This document shows, one piece after another, positions 7,431 through 15,518 of a DNA stretch of 24,000 bases. The notes under the pieces are model-generated. The model did not search any database. It was not told where the DNA came from and was given only the letters and a program-made list of their open reading frames with translations. The DNA comes from Candidatus Enterococcus stercoripullorum (lineage in GTDB: Bacteria; Bacillota; Bacilli; Lactobacillales; Enterococcaceae). The position numbers were made by a program, and so were the translations under genes. Where the stretch lies: assembly GCA_019120335.1 (NCBI GenBank), contig DWVH01000038.1, positions 34,321-58,320 on the forward strand, given 5' to 3'. Each line of letters opens with the position of its first letter. Within the stretch, counting starts at the first letter, position 1.

Positions 7431-7661
7431 ATGTTGCAAGCATTAAATAAAAAAATGAGAAGTCTAGATCTAAAATTTAGAAGTTTAGATAGTACGATGA
7501 AATTTTTGGTTGTCATTTATGGCGCGCTATTTGGCTTTATGACTGGTTACTTAATCTATAAATTATTTGTGGCACATGACTATTTCTTTCTATTCATTTA
7601 CATTATTTTTATGATTGGAATGTATATCAATTTATATTTTCAAAAAAAGTATCCGATGTGA
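7431..7661 (+). CDS. Small membrane protein, 76 aa from ATG 7431 (the track gives GTG 7422)
   Basis: SD AAGGGTGAG overlaps the upstream stop and lies about 5 nt before the ATG. Two hydrophobic segments. Confidence 0.6.
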   Translation: MLQALNKKMRSLDLKFRSLDSTMKFLVVIYGALFGFMTGYLIYKLFVAHDYFFLFIYIIFMIGMYINLYFQKKYPM

Positions 7662-7725
7662 GCTTGCTTTGAGTGCGTGCTGCTATTTTTAAATGATAAA
7701 GGGATACGAATTTAGGTAAAATTAG

Positions 7726-7767
7726 AAACGATGTGATGAATTTGATTTCGGGCATCGTTTTTTTGTC
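7726..7767 (+). terminator. Rho-independent terminator candidate
   Basis: AAACGATG (7726-7733) pairs with CATCGTTT (7753-7760), followed by a T-run. The loop is about 19 nt. Confidence 0.45.
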
Positions 7768-7811
7768 ATATTTTTAGTATAATGGAAAGGATGAAGGGAT
7801 TGAAATGATTT

Positions 7812-10229
7812 ATGGCGCAAAGAAAGAAAAGAAAATCGACCAAGAGAACAAAAAAACAGCAAGCCAATAATCAAACCATGGCAATGATTATTACCGGCTT
7901 TTCTTTTATTTTTTTAAGTTTACTTGGTTTATTTAAATTAGGCTTTTTAGGCATTTTATTTGCCAATATATTAAGATTTTTTGTTGGAAATACGTACCCA
8001 TTATTAGCGGTAATACTCATTTTTTATGGAATCTGGTTATTAGTCAAACATCAGCTTAGCGTATTTGATTCTCATAAGCGTAGTGCAGGATTGGCATTAA
8101 CTTATGTGGGGATATTAGTGATTGTTTCGGCGATGCTTTTTGCTAAGATTCATACGAAGAATCCTAATATTTTAGGAACAACGCTAAATCTATGGATGAG
8201 TGATTTAAAACATAGCCAAATTAGCCAAAGTCTTGGTGGAGGCATGATTGGTGGCGCACTCTATCAAGTAACCTATTTCTTAGTAGCCCAATTTGGTAGT
8301 TATGTATTGGGTGTCTTAAGTATTTTTGTTGGGGTCTTTTTATTTACGCAAAAGTCAGCACAAGATTTGATTGATTTTCTGCAAGATTTTGGCGAGGCAA
8401 TTAGTCAACGTCTCAAGGTCAGTGAAGAAAAACAAAAATTGCGTGAAGAAAAGAAAAAGGCCAAACAAGCGAAAAAAGAGGCTGAAAAAGAAGCACTCCG
8501 TCAGCAAATGTTAGAACAGCAGAAAAATCAAGTGCGACCTTTTACTGAAACTGAGGAACAAGAACGCCAGCATAAAGCACCAGAAATGATTATTGAGCCT
8601 CATCAGATGAGTTTAATTGAGCCAACTGAGGCTGAAAAGTTAATGCAAGAACAAAAGGATGCGAGTCAGATTCCACCCAAACGTTCCCACAAAACCAAAG
8701 CAGCTCCTGAAGAGGACATAGAAGGCGATGATCCATTAGAATTTAGTATGGAAAATGAGGAGCCAGATGAATTTTATGAGTTGCCACCAAATACATTACT
8801 TGATCCGGCAAAAGTTCAAGATCAAAGCGATGAATATGAAAAAATTAAGCAAAACGGGGAAATTTTAAATCAGACTTTCCAAAGCTTTGGCGTCGATGCT
8901 ACGGTGGTGAAGGCAAGTTTAGGTCCTTCTGTGACGAAATTTGAGATTCAGCCAGCTGTTGGGGTAAAAGTGAGCAAAATTGTTAGTTTAACCGATGATA
9001 TTGCCTTAGCTTTAGCGGCCAAAGATATTCGGATGGAAGCGCCCATTCCTGGTAAGTCATTGATTGGGATTGAGGTGCCAAACCAAAATATTTCGATGGT
9101 TTCGTTTAGAGAAGTCATTGAAGCCACACCGGCACATCCAGACAAGATTCTTGAAGTGCCATTAGGTCGTGATATTTCTGGTAAAGTGCAGACATGTGAT
9201 TTAACGAAAATGCCACACTTATTGATTGCTGGTTCGACAGGTAGTGGGAAGTCGGTAGCGATTAATGGGATTATCACCAGTATTTTGATGCAAGCCAAAC
9301 CACATCAAGTGAAATTAATGATGGTCGATCCGAAAATGGTTGAGTTGAATGTGTATAATGGCATCCCACATCTCTTAACACCAGTGGTAACCAACCCACG
9401 TAAAGCTGCCCAAGCGCTTCAAAAAGTCGTGAAAGAAATGGAAGAACGCTATGAAAAATTTGCGGCTACTGGTGTGCGCAACATTGCTGGTTATAATGAA
9501 CTAATTGAAGCAAAAAATCAAGAAGATGGGCAAAAACGTCCAATTCTACCATTTATTGTGGTGATTGTTGATGAATTGGCTGACTTAATGATGGTCGCAA
9601 GTAATGAAGTAGAAGATGCGATTATTCGTTTGGCACAAATGGCTCGTGCTGCTGGGATTCATATGATTTTAGCCACACAACGGCCAAGTGTTGATGTCAT
9701 TACGGGAATTATCAAAGCCAATGTACCTTCACGTATTGCCTTTGCGGTCTCTTCAGGAACGGATTCGCGCACCATTATTGATAGTCATGGGGCAGAAAAA
9801 CTATTGGGACGTGGCGATATGCTTTACCTACCAATGGGTGAGAATAAACCTATCCGTGTGCAGGGGGCCTTTATTTCAGATGGAGAAGTTGAGCGTATTG
9901 TCAAATTTGTAACCGATCAAATGGGGGCAAATTATGACGAGAAGATGATGAATCTGGAAGAAGAAGCACCAAGTGAAAGCAATAATGACTATCCACAAGA
10001 TGAATTGTATGAAGAAGCCAAGGCCTTAGTTGTTGAAATGCAAACGGCAAGTGTTTCGCTTTTACAACGGCGCTTTAGAATTGGTTATAATCGAGCTGCC
10101 CGTCTGGTAGATGAGTTAGAAGCCAATGGGGTAGTTGGCCCTTCTGAGGGGAGTAAACCACGTAAAGTCTATCTGGAATCCCTAGATACACCTGTAGATT
10201 ATGAGGAGATACCCCAAGATTATGAATAA
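7812..10229 (+). CDS. ftsK: DNA translocase FtsK/SpoIIIE
   Basis: N-terminal 4-TM domain and a charged Lys/Glu/Gln-rich linker. Motor domain with Walker [10 protein letters not shown] and Walker [14 protein letters not shown]-terminal gamma winged-helix ([24 protein letters not shown]). Confidence 0.95.
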   Translation: MAQRKKRKSTKRTKKQQANNQTMAMIITGFSFIFLSLLGLFKLGFLGILFANILRFFVGNTYPLLAVILIFYGIWLLVKHQLSVFDSHKRSAGLALTYVGILVIVSAMLFAKIHTKNPNILGTTLNLWMSDLKHSQISQSLGGGMIGGALYQVTYFLVAQFGSYVLGVLSIFVGVFLFTQKSAQDLIDFLQDFGEAISQRLKVSEEKQKLREEKKKAKQAKKEAEKEALRQQMLEQQKNQVRPFTETEEQERQHKAPEMIIEPHQMSLIEPTEAEKLMQEQKDASQIPPKRSHKTKAAPEEDIEGDDPLEFSMENEEPDEFYELPPNTLLDPAKVQDQSDEYEKIKQNGEILNQTFQSFGVDATVVKASLGPSVTKFEIQPAVGVKVSKIVSLTDDIALALAAKDIRMEAPIPGKSLIGIEVPNQNISMVSFREVIEATPAHPDKILEVPLGRDISGKVQTCDLTKMPHLLIAGSTGSGKSVAINGIITSILMQAKPHQVKLMMVDPKMVELNVYNGIPHLLTPVVTNPRKAAQALQKVVKEMEERYEKFAATGVRNIAGYNELIEAKNQEDGQKRPILPFIVVIVDELADLMMVASNEVEDAIIRLAQMARAAGIHMILATQRPSVDVITGIIKANVPSRIAFAVSSGTDSRTIIDSHGAEKLLGRGDMLYLPMGENKPIRVQGAFISDGEVERIVKFVTDQMGANYDEKMMNLEEEAPSESNNDYPQDELYEEAKALVVEMQTASVSLLQRRFRIGYNRAARLVDELEANGVVGPSEGSKPRKVYLESLDTPVDYEEIPQDYE

Positions 10230-10235
10230 CAAATC

Positions 10236-10283
10236 AGCCTTGCTAGGTCGAGAGGATCGACTCTGATAGCAAGGCTTTTGTTG
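10236..10283 (+). terminator. Rho-independent terminator of ftsK
   Basis: AGCCTTGCTA (10236-10245) pairs with TAGCAAGGCT (10267-10276). An inner GTCGA/TCGAC stem is present. Followed by TTTGTTG. Confidence 0.7.
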
Positions 10284-10344
10284 TATTGTGTATTTTTTTA
10301 TTTGTGATAAAATGTACAAGTATATTAAATATAAAGGAATTAAG

Positions 10345-11604
10345 ATGAAAACACTTAAACAACAAATCAATCATTATGTATTTCCCTTAATCGCCAGTCA
10401 GTTGCTACAGATGGCGATTGGCATTGTAGCACTACACTTTGCAACAGCTGGTTCTACGCATTCACTCTCCGCTATTACGATTATTCAAAATTTTTTATAT
10501 GCCTTTGGTGGAATATTAGGGGCATTTAGCCTGAGTTTTAATATTTTGGCGGCGCGAAGTTTTTACCAAGAGAAGCAACAGTTCCAGCAATTTGTGCATT
10601 CAGCCTTGCGCTTGTGTTTATTGTTTGGCGGGGGCTTCTTCGCTCTTTGCTTGCTTTTTGGCAAACTGTTTTTGCGATATTTTTATGGCTTTCAAGGGGA
10701 ACTATTACTAAAAGCGAGTCAGTATCTCTATATCATGTCGGGTTATATCTTACTATTATTGCTTTCGTTTCTCTTTAGCAATCTTCTCAAATTCGCCCAA
10801 AAGACAACAGTGATTTTTCGTATCGGCGTAATCAGTGCTTTACTCGAATGTGGTTTGAATATAATTTTAGTGCCACTTTGGGAGATTCAAGGGGCGGCCT
10901 TAGCGAATATGGCGGGTGTCTTGTACCTCGTATTGGCCTATTTATGGCATATTTTCCCCATCCTCAAGCAAAGTCTCATGCAATCGGCTAATCAAATGCT
11001 TGCTATCACACGCTTAGGTATTCCGTTAGCCATCCAGGAAATATTTGAGAGTGTCTTATTTATCCTAGTTTTTGAAAGTTTTATGGGACATTTGGGGAAT
11101 ACTACGCTAGGTGCTTATGCTGTCATTTCTCAAATGTTTGCAATTATAAAATTACCAAGCTTATTGTATGCCAATAGTTTGCCAATCTTTTTACCAGAAG
11201 TCACTCAAAAACAAAAGTCACAACTGTTAAAATGGTTATTGCGGGTAAATTTTCTATTGTTTATTGGGTTATCCATCGTAGGAACTTTGACTATCCCAGC
11301 TTTTGCGCAACTATTTACCCAGCAAATATTTAGTCACTTAACATTCATGGCGGGATTTACTTTTAGTGTGATGCTAGCTGTCCCGTTTTATGAAATTATT
11401 AAGGTCTACTTACAAGCGCAAAATCAAGAAAAAATGGTTGTTACGCAAACAATTATTGTCAATCTAGCAGGTTTGCTCGTGATGTTTGTTTGTCAGTTGA
11501 TACATATTCAAACTTACTATAGCCTATTTGTGGTCTTTGGCTTGACGCAAGTGGTGCTCGCACTTAGATTTTTTCAGGCCAGTTTTCAGCAAAATTTAAA
11601 GTAG
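10345..11604 (+). CDS. MATE/MOP-superfamily multi-TM transporter (efflux or flippase type)
   Basis: About 12 hydrophobic segments. The N-terminal PLIASQLLQMAIGIV... region resembles the MATE N-lobe. ATG 10345 has SD AAAGGA 6 nt upstream. The track start 10288 lies inside the promoter/terminator region. Confidence 0.65.
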   Translation: MKTLKQQINHYVFPLIASQLLQMAIGIVALHFATAGSTHSLSAITIIQNFLYAFGGILGAFSLSFNILAARSFYQEKQQFQQFVHSALRLCLLFGGGFFALCLLFGKLFLRYFYGFQGELLLKASQYLYIMSGYILLLLLSFLFSNLLKFAQKTTVIFRIGVISALLECGLNIILVPLWEIQGAALANMAGVLYLVLAYLWHIFPILKQSLMQSANQMLAITRLGIPLAIQEIFESVLFILVFESFMGHLGNTTLGAYAVISQMFAIIKLPSLLYANSLPIFLPEVTQKQKSQLLKWLLRVNFLLFIGLSIVGTLTIPAFAQLFTQQIFSHLTFMAGFTFSVMLAVPFYEIIKVYLQAQNQEKMVVTQTIIVNLAGLLVMFVCQLIHIQTYYSLFVVFGLTQVVLALRFFQASFQQNLK

Positions 11605-11610
11605 ATTTCA

Positions 11611-11639
11611 TTGCATTTCCCTAAATTTTTCGCTATAGT
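11611..11639 (+). promoter_or_regulatory. Sigma-A promoter candidate for rlmN (TTGCAT-17-TATAGT)
   Basis: Hexamers at 11611-11616 and 11634-11639 with a 17-nt spacer. Confidence 0.5.
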
Positions 11640-11672
11640 GGATACGATATTGATAAAGTGAGGGAAAAACGA

Positions 11673-12731
11673 TTGAAACCATCTATTTATGGATTAGAAA
11701 AAACAGAATTAATTGCCTGGTTTGAAGCAAATGGAGAAAAGAAATTCCGTGCGACTCAAGTTTGGGAATGGTTATATGAAAAGCGAGTGATGACTTTTGC
11801 GGAAATGACCAACCTATCCAAAGCATTGATTGCTAAATTAGAAGAGAACTTTGAGATTTGTCCGTTAAATCAAATTGTCGTGCAAGAATCAAGTGACGGT
11901 ACAGTAAAATATTTATTTGAATTACCTGACAAAAATATGATTGAAACAGTGTTAATGCGTCAAGATTATGGGATGAGTGTCTGTGTGACGACGCAGGTGG
12001 GCTGTAATATTGGTTGTACCTTCTGTGCGAGTGGCTTATTGAAAAAACAACGCGACCTAACAGCAGGGGAAATCATGGCCCAAATCATGCTTGTGCAACA
12101 CTATTTTGATGAGCGTGACTTAGGTGAACGTGTTTCTCATATCGTGGTGATGGGAATTGGTGAACCTTTTGATAATTATGATAATGTAACGAAATTTTTA
12201 CGCATCGTGAATGATCCTAAAGGTATGGCTATTGGTGCACGTCATATTACTGTTTCAACGAGTGGGATTGTACCGAAGATTAAAGAATTTGCTGATAATG
12301 GTTTACAAGTAAATCTTGCAATCTCTTTACATGCGCCAAATGATGAATTACGTACCTCTATTATGCGCATTAACCGCAGCTTCCCATTGGCAAAATTAAT
12401 GGATGCGGTAGATTTTTATTTAGAAAAGACTAACCGCCGTATTACCTTTGAATATATTATGTTAGCAGGCGTGAATGACCGTGTGCATCATGCCCAAGAA
12501 TTGGCGAATTTACTCAAAGATAAGAAGAAATTAGCCTATGTGAACTTAATTCCATATAATCCAGTCAGTGAACATGACCAATATTCAAGAAGTAGTAAAG
12601 ACGATGTATTGCGTTTCTATGATACATTGAAGAAAAATGGCGTTAACTGTGTCATCCGTAAAGAACACGGAACCGACATCGATGCCGCCTGTGGCCAACT
12701 ACGAAGCAAACAAATGAAAAAAAGGTCGTGA
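11673..12731 (+). CDS. rlmN: 23S rRNA (A2503-C2)/tRNA methyltransferase RlmN, radical SAM
   Basis: CNIGCTFC radical-SAM cluster motif. N-terminal [13 protein letters not shown]-terminal catalytic Cys (AACGQL). TTG start at 11673 (MKPSIYG...) lies 7 nt after SD GAGGGA. The track uses GTG 11658. Confidence 0.92.
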   Translation: MKPSIYGLEKTELIAWFEANGEKKFRATQVWEWLYEKRVMTFAEMTNLSKALIAKLEENFEICPLNQIVVQESSDGTVKYLFELPDKNMIETVLMRQDYGMSVCVTTQVGCNIGCTFCASGLLKKQRDLTAGEIMAQIMLVQHYFDERDLGERVSHIVVMGIGEPFDNYDNVTKFLRIVNDPKGMAIGARHITVSTSGIVPKIKEFADNGLQVNLAISLHAPNDELRTSIMRINRSFPLAKLMDAVDFYLEKTNRRITFEYIMLAGVNDRVHHAQELANLLKDKKKLAYVNLIPYNPVSEHDQYSRSSKDDVLRFYDTLKKNGVNCVIRKEHGTDIDAACGQLRSKQMKKRS

Positions 12732-12976
12732 GAAGGGTCGAACAGCTACAAGCAAAAGGTTATCAATCAACTAGGTCAAATACGAGAAAATTCATGCGTT
12801 ACCTACTGCTAAGAAAATCGGATGAAAGGAGATTTTCTTAAGCAGTAGGGTGAATTTTCCGAGTATTTAGTTGATTGATACCGAGAAAGCTAAGTTTGTC
12901 CGGAATGCCAGGAAAATCCACTATGTTTTAAGATTTTCCTAGGCAGGCCGGCTTAGATGCGATGTAGCTACCCTTC
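12732..12976. repeat. Highly structured ~245-nt intergenic element (MITE-like or structured RNA): closing stem plus two long imperfect hairpins
   Basis: Hairpin 1 spans 12758-12882 (GGTTATCAATCAACTA...TAGTTGATTGATACC, inner CCTACTGCTAAGAAAATC / GATTTTCTTAAGCAGTAGG, loop GGATGAAAGGA). Hairpin 2 spans 12890-12956 (CCGGAATGCCAGGAAAATC / GATTTTCCTAGGCAGGCCGG). The closing stem is GAAGGGT..AGCTAC (12732-12749) with GTAGCTACCCTTC (12964-12976). The inner 88 nt recur at 19538-19625. Confidence 0.55.
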
Positions 12977-13044
12977 GAACGCCGTGGATAAGGTCGTAAA
13001 TCGACTCGGGCAGCTACGAGCAGCATGGAATAAAAAAGTTTATG

Positions 13045-13080
13045 AAGCAGTCTGGCAGTTTGCCAGACTGCTTATTTCAA
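13045..13080 (+). terminator. Strong rho-independent terminator (ends the rlmN transcript/structured element)
   Basis: AAGCAGTCTGGCA (13045-13057) pairs with TGCCAGACTGCTT (13061-13073), followed by ATTTCAA. Confidence 0.75.
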
Positions 13081-13231
13081 TGCATATCCAAAATTGAAAT
13101 CTAATTGTTTGAAATAATCTGAATTTTTTTATTTATGAAAAAGAACAGAAAAAAATCAATAAATCCCTAATAATATTAATATAAAAAGGTTTTGACTAAA
13201 AATAAAAACAATAAATAGATAGTAACTTTCA

Positions 13232-13246
13232 AATATTCTGAAAAAT
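13232..13246. promoter_or_regulatory. CodY-box-like motif upstream of oppA
   Basis: AATATTCTGAAAAAT matches the Firmicute CodY consensus AATTTTCWGAAAATT at 13/15 positions. It lies about 25 nt upstream of the -35. opp/dpp operons are classical CodY targets. Confidence 0.4.
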
Positions 13247-13269
13247 TAAAAATAATTGAGAAAAAATAG

Positions 13270-13298
13270 TTGCAATTTTAATAATTATTATTTAAAAT
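13270..13298 (+). promoter_or_regulatory. Sigma-A promoter candidate for oppA (TTGCAA-17-TAAAAT)
   Basis: Hexamers at 13270-13275 and 13293-13298 with a 17-nt spacer, about 50 nt upstream of the ATG. Confidence 0.55.
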
Positions 13299-13349
13299 TG
13301 CATTAAGCTAATTTTTTTTAAAATAAAATTAATGATAGGGGAGTTTAGT

Positions 13350-15017
13350 ATGAAGAAAAAATGGGCGATTGCAACTCTGGCAGTTTGCGGATTAGTGTTA
13401 GCGGGCTGTTCAACAGGAAACTCATCAAAAAAAGAAGAAAGCAAATCTTCTGACACAGCAGCAGTAGCGAAAAAACAAGTCTTTAATATGGTTGAGGGTG
13501 CTGAAATGCCATCAGCAGACCTTTCATTAGCAACAGATGAAGTGAGTTTTTCAGCTTTAAATAACTGCTATGAAGGTCTATATCGATTAGACAAAGATAA
13601 TAAACCAATTCCTGCAGGTGCTGCAGAAATGGCAAAAGTAAGTGAGGATGGATTAACTTACACATTAAAATTACGTGAAGATGCCAAATGGTCAAATGGC
13701 GACCCAGTAACGGCGAAAGATTATGTTTATGGTTGGCAACGTACAGTCGATCCAAAGACAGCTTCTGAATATGCTTACCTATTTGAACCAGTTGCTAATG
13801 CTTCTGATATCACTGCCGGTAAGAAAGCTACAAGTGAATTAGGTATTAAAGCGGTGGATGATTACACACTAGAAATTAAACTAGCAAAGGTAACACCATA
13901 CTTTGACCAATTACTAGCATTTCCAATCTTCTTCCCACAAAATCAAAAAGTGGTAGAAAAATTTGGTAGCGACTATGCAACAAAATCTGAAAATGCTGTT
14001 TATAACGGACCATTTACTTTAGAAGGTTTTGATGGCCCAGGTACAGATACAGAATGGTCTTATGCGAAAAATGATACTTACTGGGATGCTAAAAATGTGA
14101 AATTAGATAAAATCAATGTGAGTGTTATTAAAGAATCTTCAACAGCATTGAACTTATTTAAAGATGGGCAATCTGATCAAGTAACACTAAATGGTGAATT
14201 AGCACAACAGATGGCTAACGATGAAGCTTACTTAACTATTCCAGAAGCTTCAACTTTCTATCTAGAATTTAACCAAAAAGATGAAAAATCACCATATCGC
14301 AATGCTAATTTACGTAAAGCTATTTCCTATGCAATCAATCGTGATTCTCTAGCAAAACAAGTTTTAGCCAATGGTTCAATTGCGACAACGAACTTGATGC
14401 CAGAAAAATTCATTTATGATCCTAAGACTAAGAAAGATTTTGTCAAAGAAGCAAAATCTCCAGTGAAATATGATAAGAAGAAAGCAAAAGAATACTGGGA
14501 AAAAGCCAAGAAAGAACTTGGTGTGAATGAAGTGAAATTAGATATCTTATCTTCTGACTCAGATGTGGCTAAGAAGATGCTAGAATATCTACAAGGCTCA
14601 TTACAAGAAAACTTACCAGGTCTAAAAGTAAGTGTTAGTCCAGTGCCATTCTCAGTTCGTCTAGATCGTTCAAACAAAGGTGATTTTGATACGGTTCTAA
14701 GTGGATGGGGTGCTGACTATGCCGATGCTTCTAGCTTCTTAGATATGTTTACAATTGGTAACAGCTACAACCGCGGAAACTGGAACAATGAAGAATATAC
14801 GAAACTTGTTCGTGCTGCAGCTACTACAGATGCCGCTGATGAAGAAAAACGTTGGGATGACTTTGTAGAAGCTGAAAAGATTATCATGGATGAACAAGGG
14901 GTAGTGCCAATCTATCAAAAAGCAGTTGCCTATATGCGTAATCCAAAAGTCAAAGGTATCGTCAACCACCCAGCTGGTGCGAAATACGACTTCAAGTGGA
15001 CTTACATCGCTAAATAA
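13350..15017 (+). CDS. oppA: Oligopeptide ABC transporter substrate-binding lipoprotein (family 5 SBP)
   Basis: ATG 13350 lies 6 nt after SD AGGGGAG. Lipoprotein signal with lipobox LAGC. Size and sequence are typical of OppA/DppA SBPs. Sits next to oppBCDF. Confidence 0.9.
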   Translation: MKKKWAIATLAVCGLVLAGCSTGNSSKKEESKSSDTAAVAKKQVFNMVEGAEMPSADLSLATDEVSFSALNNCYEGLYRLDKDNKPIPAGAAEMAKVSEDGLTYTLKLREDAKWSNGDPVTAKDYVYGWQRTVDPKTASEYAYLFEPVANASDITAGKKATSELGIKAVDDYTLEIKLAKVTPYFDQLLAFPIFFPQNQKVVEKFGSDYATKSENAVYNGPFTLEGFDGPGTDTEWSYAKNDTYWDAKNVKLDKINVSVIKESSTALNLFKDGQSDQVTLNGELAQQMANDEAYLTIPEASTFYLEFNQKDEKSPYRNANLRKAISYAINRDSLAKQVLANGSIATTNLMPEKFIYDPKTKKDFVKEAKSPVKYDKKKAKEYWEKAKKELGVNEVKLDILSSDSDVAKKMLEYLQGSLQENLPGLKVSVSPVPFSVRLDRSNKGDFDTVLSGWGADYADASSFLDMFTIGNSYNRGNWNNEEYTKLVRAAATTDAADEEKRWDDFVEAEKIIMDEQGVVPIYQKAVAYMRNPKVKGIVNHPAGAKYDFKWTYIAK

Positions 15018-15042
15018 ATCAATGTGAAACTTTCAAAAAAAT

Positions 15043-15076
15043 AAGCTGATGCACTTTTACTTCAGTGCATCAGCTT
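15043..15076. terminator. Bidirectional rho-independent terminator between oppA (+) and the antisense membrane gene (-)
   Basis: AAGCTGATGCACT (15043-15055) pairs with AGTGCATCAGCTT (15064-15076). An A-run lies upstream and T-rich sequence downstream. Confidence 0.75.
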
Positions 15077-15083
15077 TATAGGT

Positions 15084-15422
15084 TTAAAAGTAACCAGAAA
15101 AAAGTAGACAAAGCACACTCGAAAGTAAGAGTAGGCCACTTATTTCAAAAAAGAAGCGGGAACTACCTTTACTTGCTTGTGAGAGTGTAAGATCATCTTC
15201 TTTTAATTTTTTGAAGGCTTTTTTCATGGAGTAATGGAAGAAATCAAACACTCCAGAAGATAAAATCCACAAAAAGACGGCAATGATTAAAAACGGCAGC
15301 ATGGATAAAAATAAGGTGTCTGAAAGATTGACCAAATGTAATTCATGCTTTATTGTGAGAAATCCTATATTGCCTAGTAAAATAATGAGATATAGATAAA
15401 GAGACCACTTTTTTGGGCGCAT
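15084..15422 (-). CDS. Small membrane protein, 112 aa (DUF3899-like, tentative)
   Basis: The minus-strand ATG at 15422 is preceded by SD AAAGGAG (the track start at 15482 lacks an SD). Two or three TM segments and a central amphipathic KKAFKKLKEDD segment. Confidence 0.55.
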   Translation of the reverse strand: MRPKKWSLYLYLIILLGNIGFLTIKHELHLVNLSDTLFLSMLPFLIIAVFLWILSSGVFDFFHYSMKKAFKKLKEDDLTLSQASKGSSRFFFEISGLLLLSSVLCLLFSGYF

Positions 15423-15518
15423 AAGAAGCTCCTTTCTTGGTTTATCTATGCTAAATGTACACAAAATAAAGTGAGAAGTCAAAAAAATCCTATACTTAAA
15501 AAATTGGAGGGAACCTAT

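Noticed and set aside
8948-9298. Antisense or alternative-frame ORFs lying inside confident genes. They are 6713-6919(-), 8948-9298(-), 9688-9912(+), 13483-13755(-), 14414-14677(-), 14739-14969(-), 16387-16629(-), 16712-17113(-), 17399-17695(-), 17726-17956(-), 18187-18438(-), 19282-19494(+), 20172-20381(-), 23404-23598(-) and 23595-23786(-).
   Set aside because: Each is fully embedded in a gene with strong motif-level evidence (ftsK, oppA-F, metG and others). None has an SD, and their products are low-complexity or odd in composition. They are typical shadow ORFs.
10288-10344. Upstream start (10288) for the MATE-like transporter, and the minus-strand ORF at 10182-10370.
   Set aside because: The 10288 start lies immediately after the ftsK terminator, has no SD, and encodes an odd MYFFICDKMYKYIKYKGIK peptide. 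ATG 10345 has an SD. The minus-strand ORF spans the terminator and promoter region and overlaps the end of ftsK.
12940-13020. tRNA-like signal (GTTCGAAGGG on the minus strand around 12970-12980).
   Set aside because: The flanking bases do not form a T-stem, and no acceptor/D/anticodon arms of a cloverleaf can be drawn. The motif is part of the closing stem of the structured repeat.
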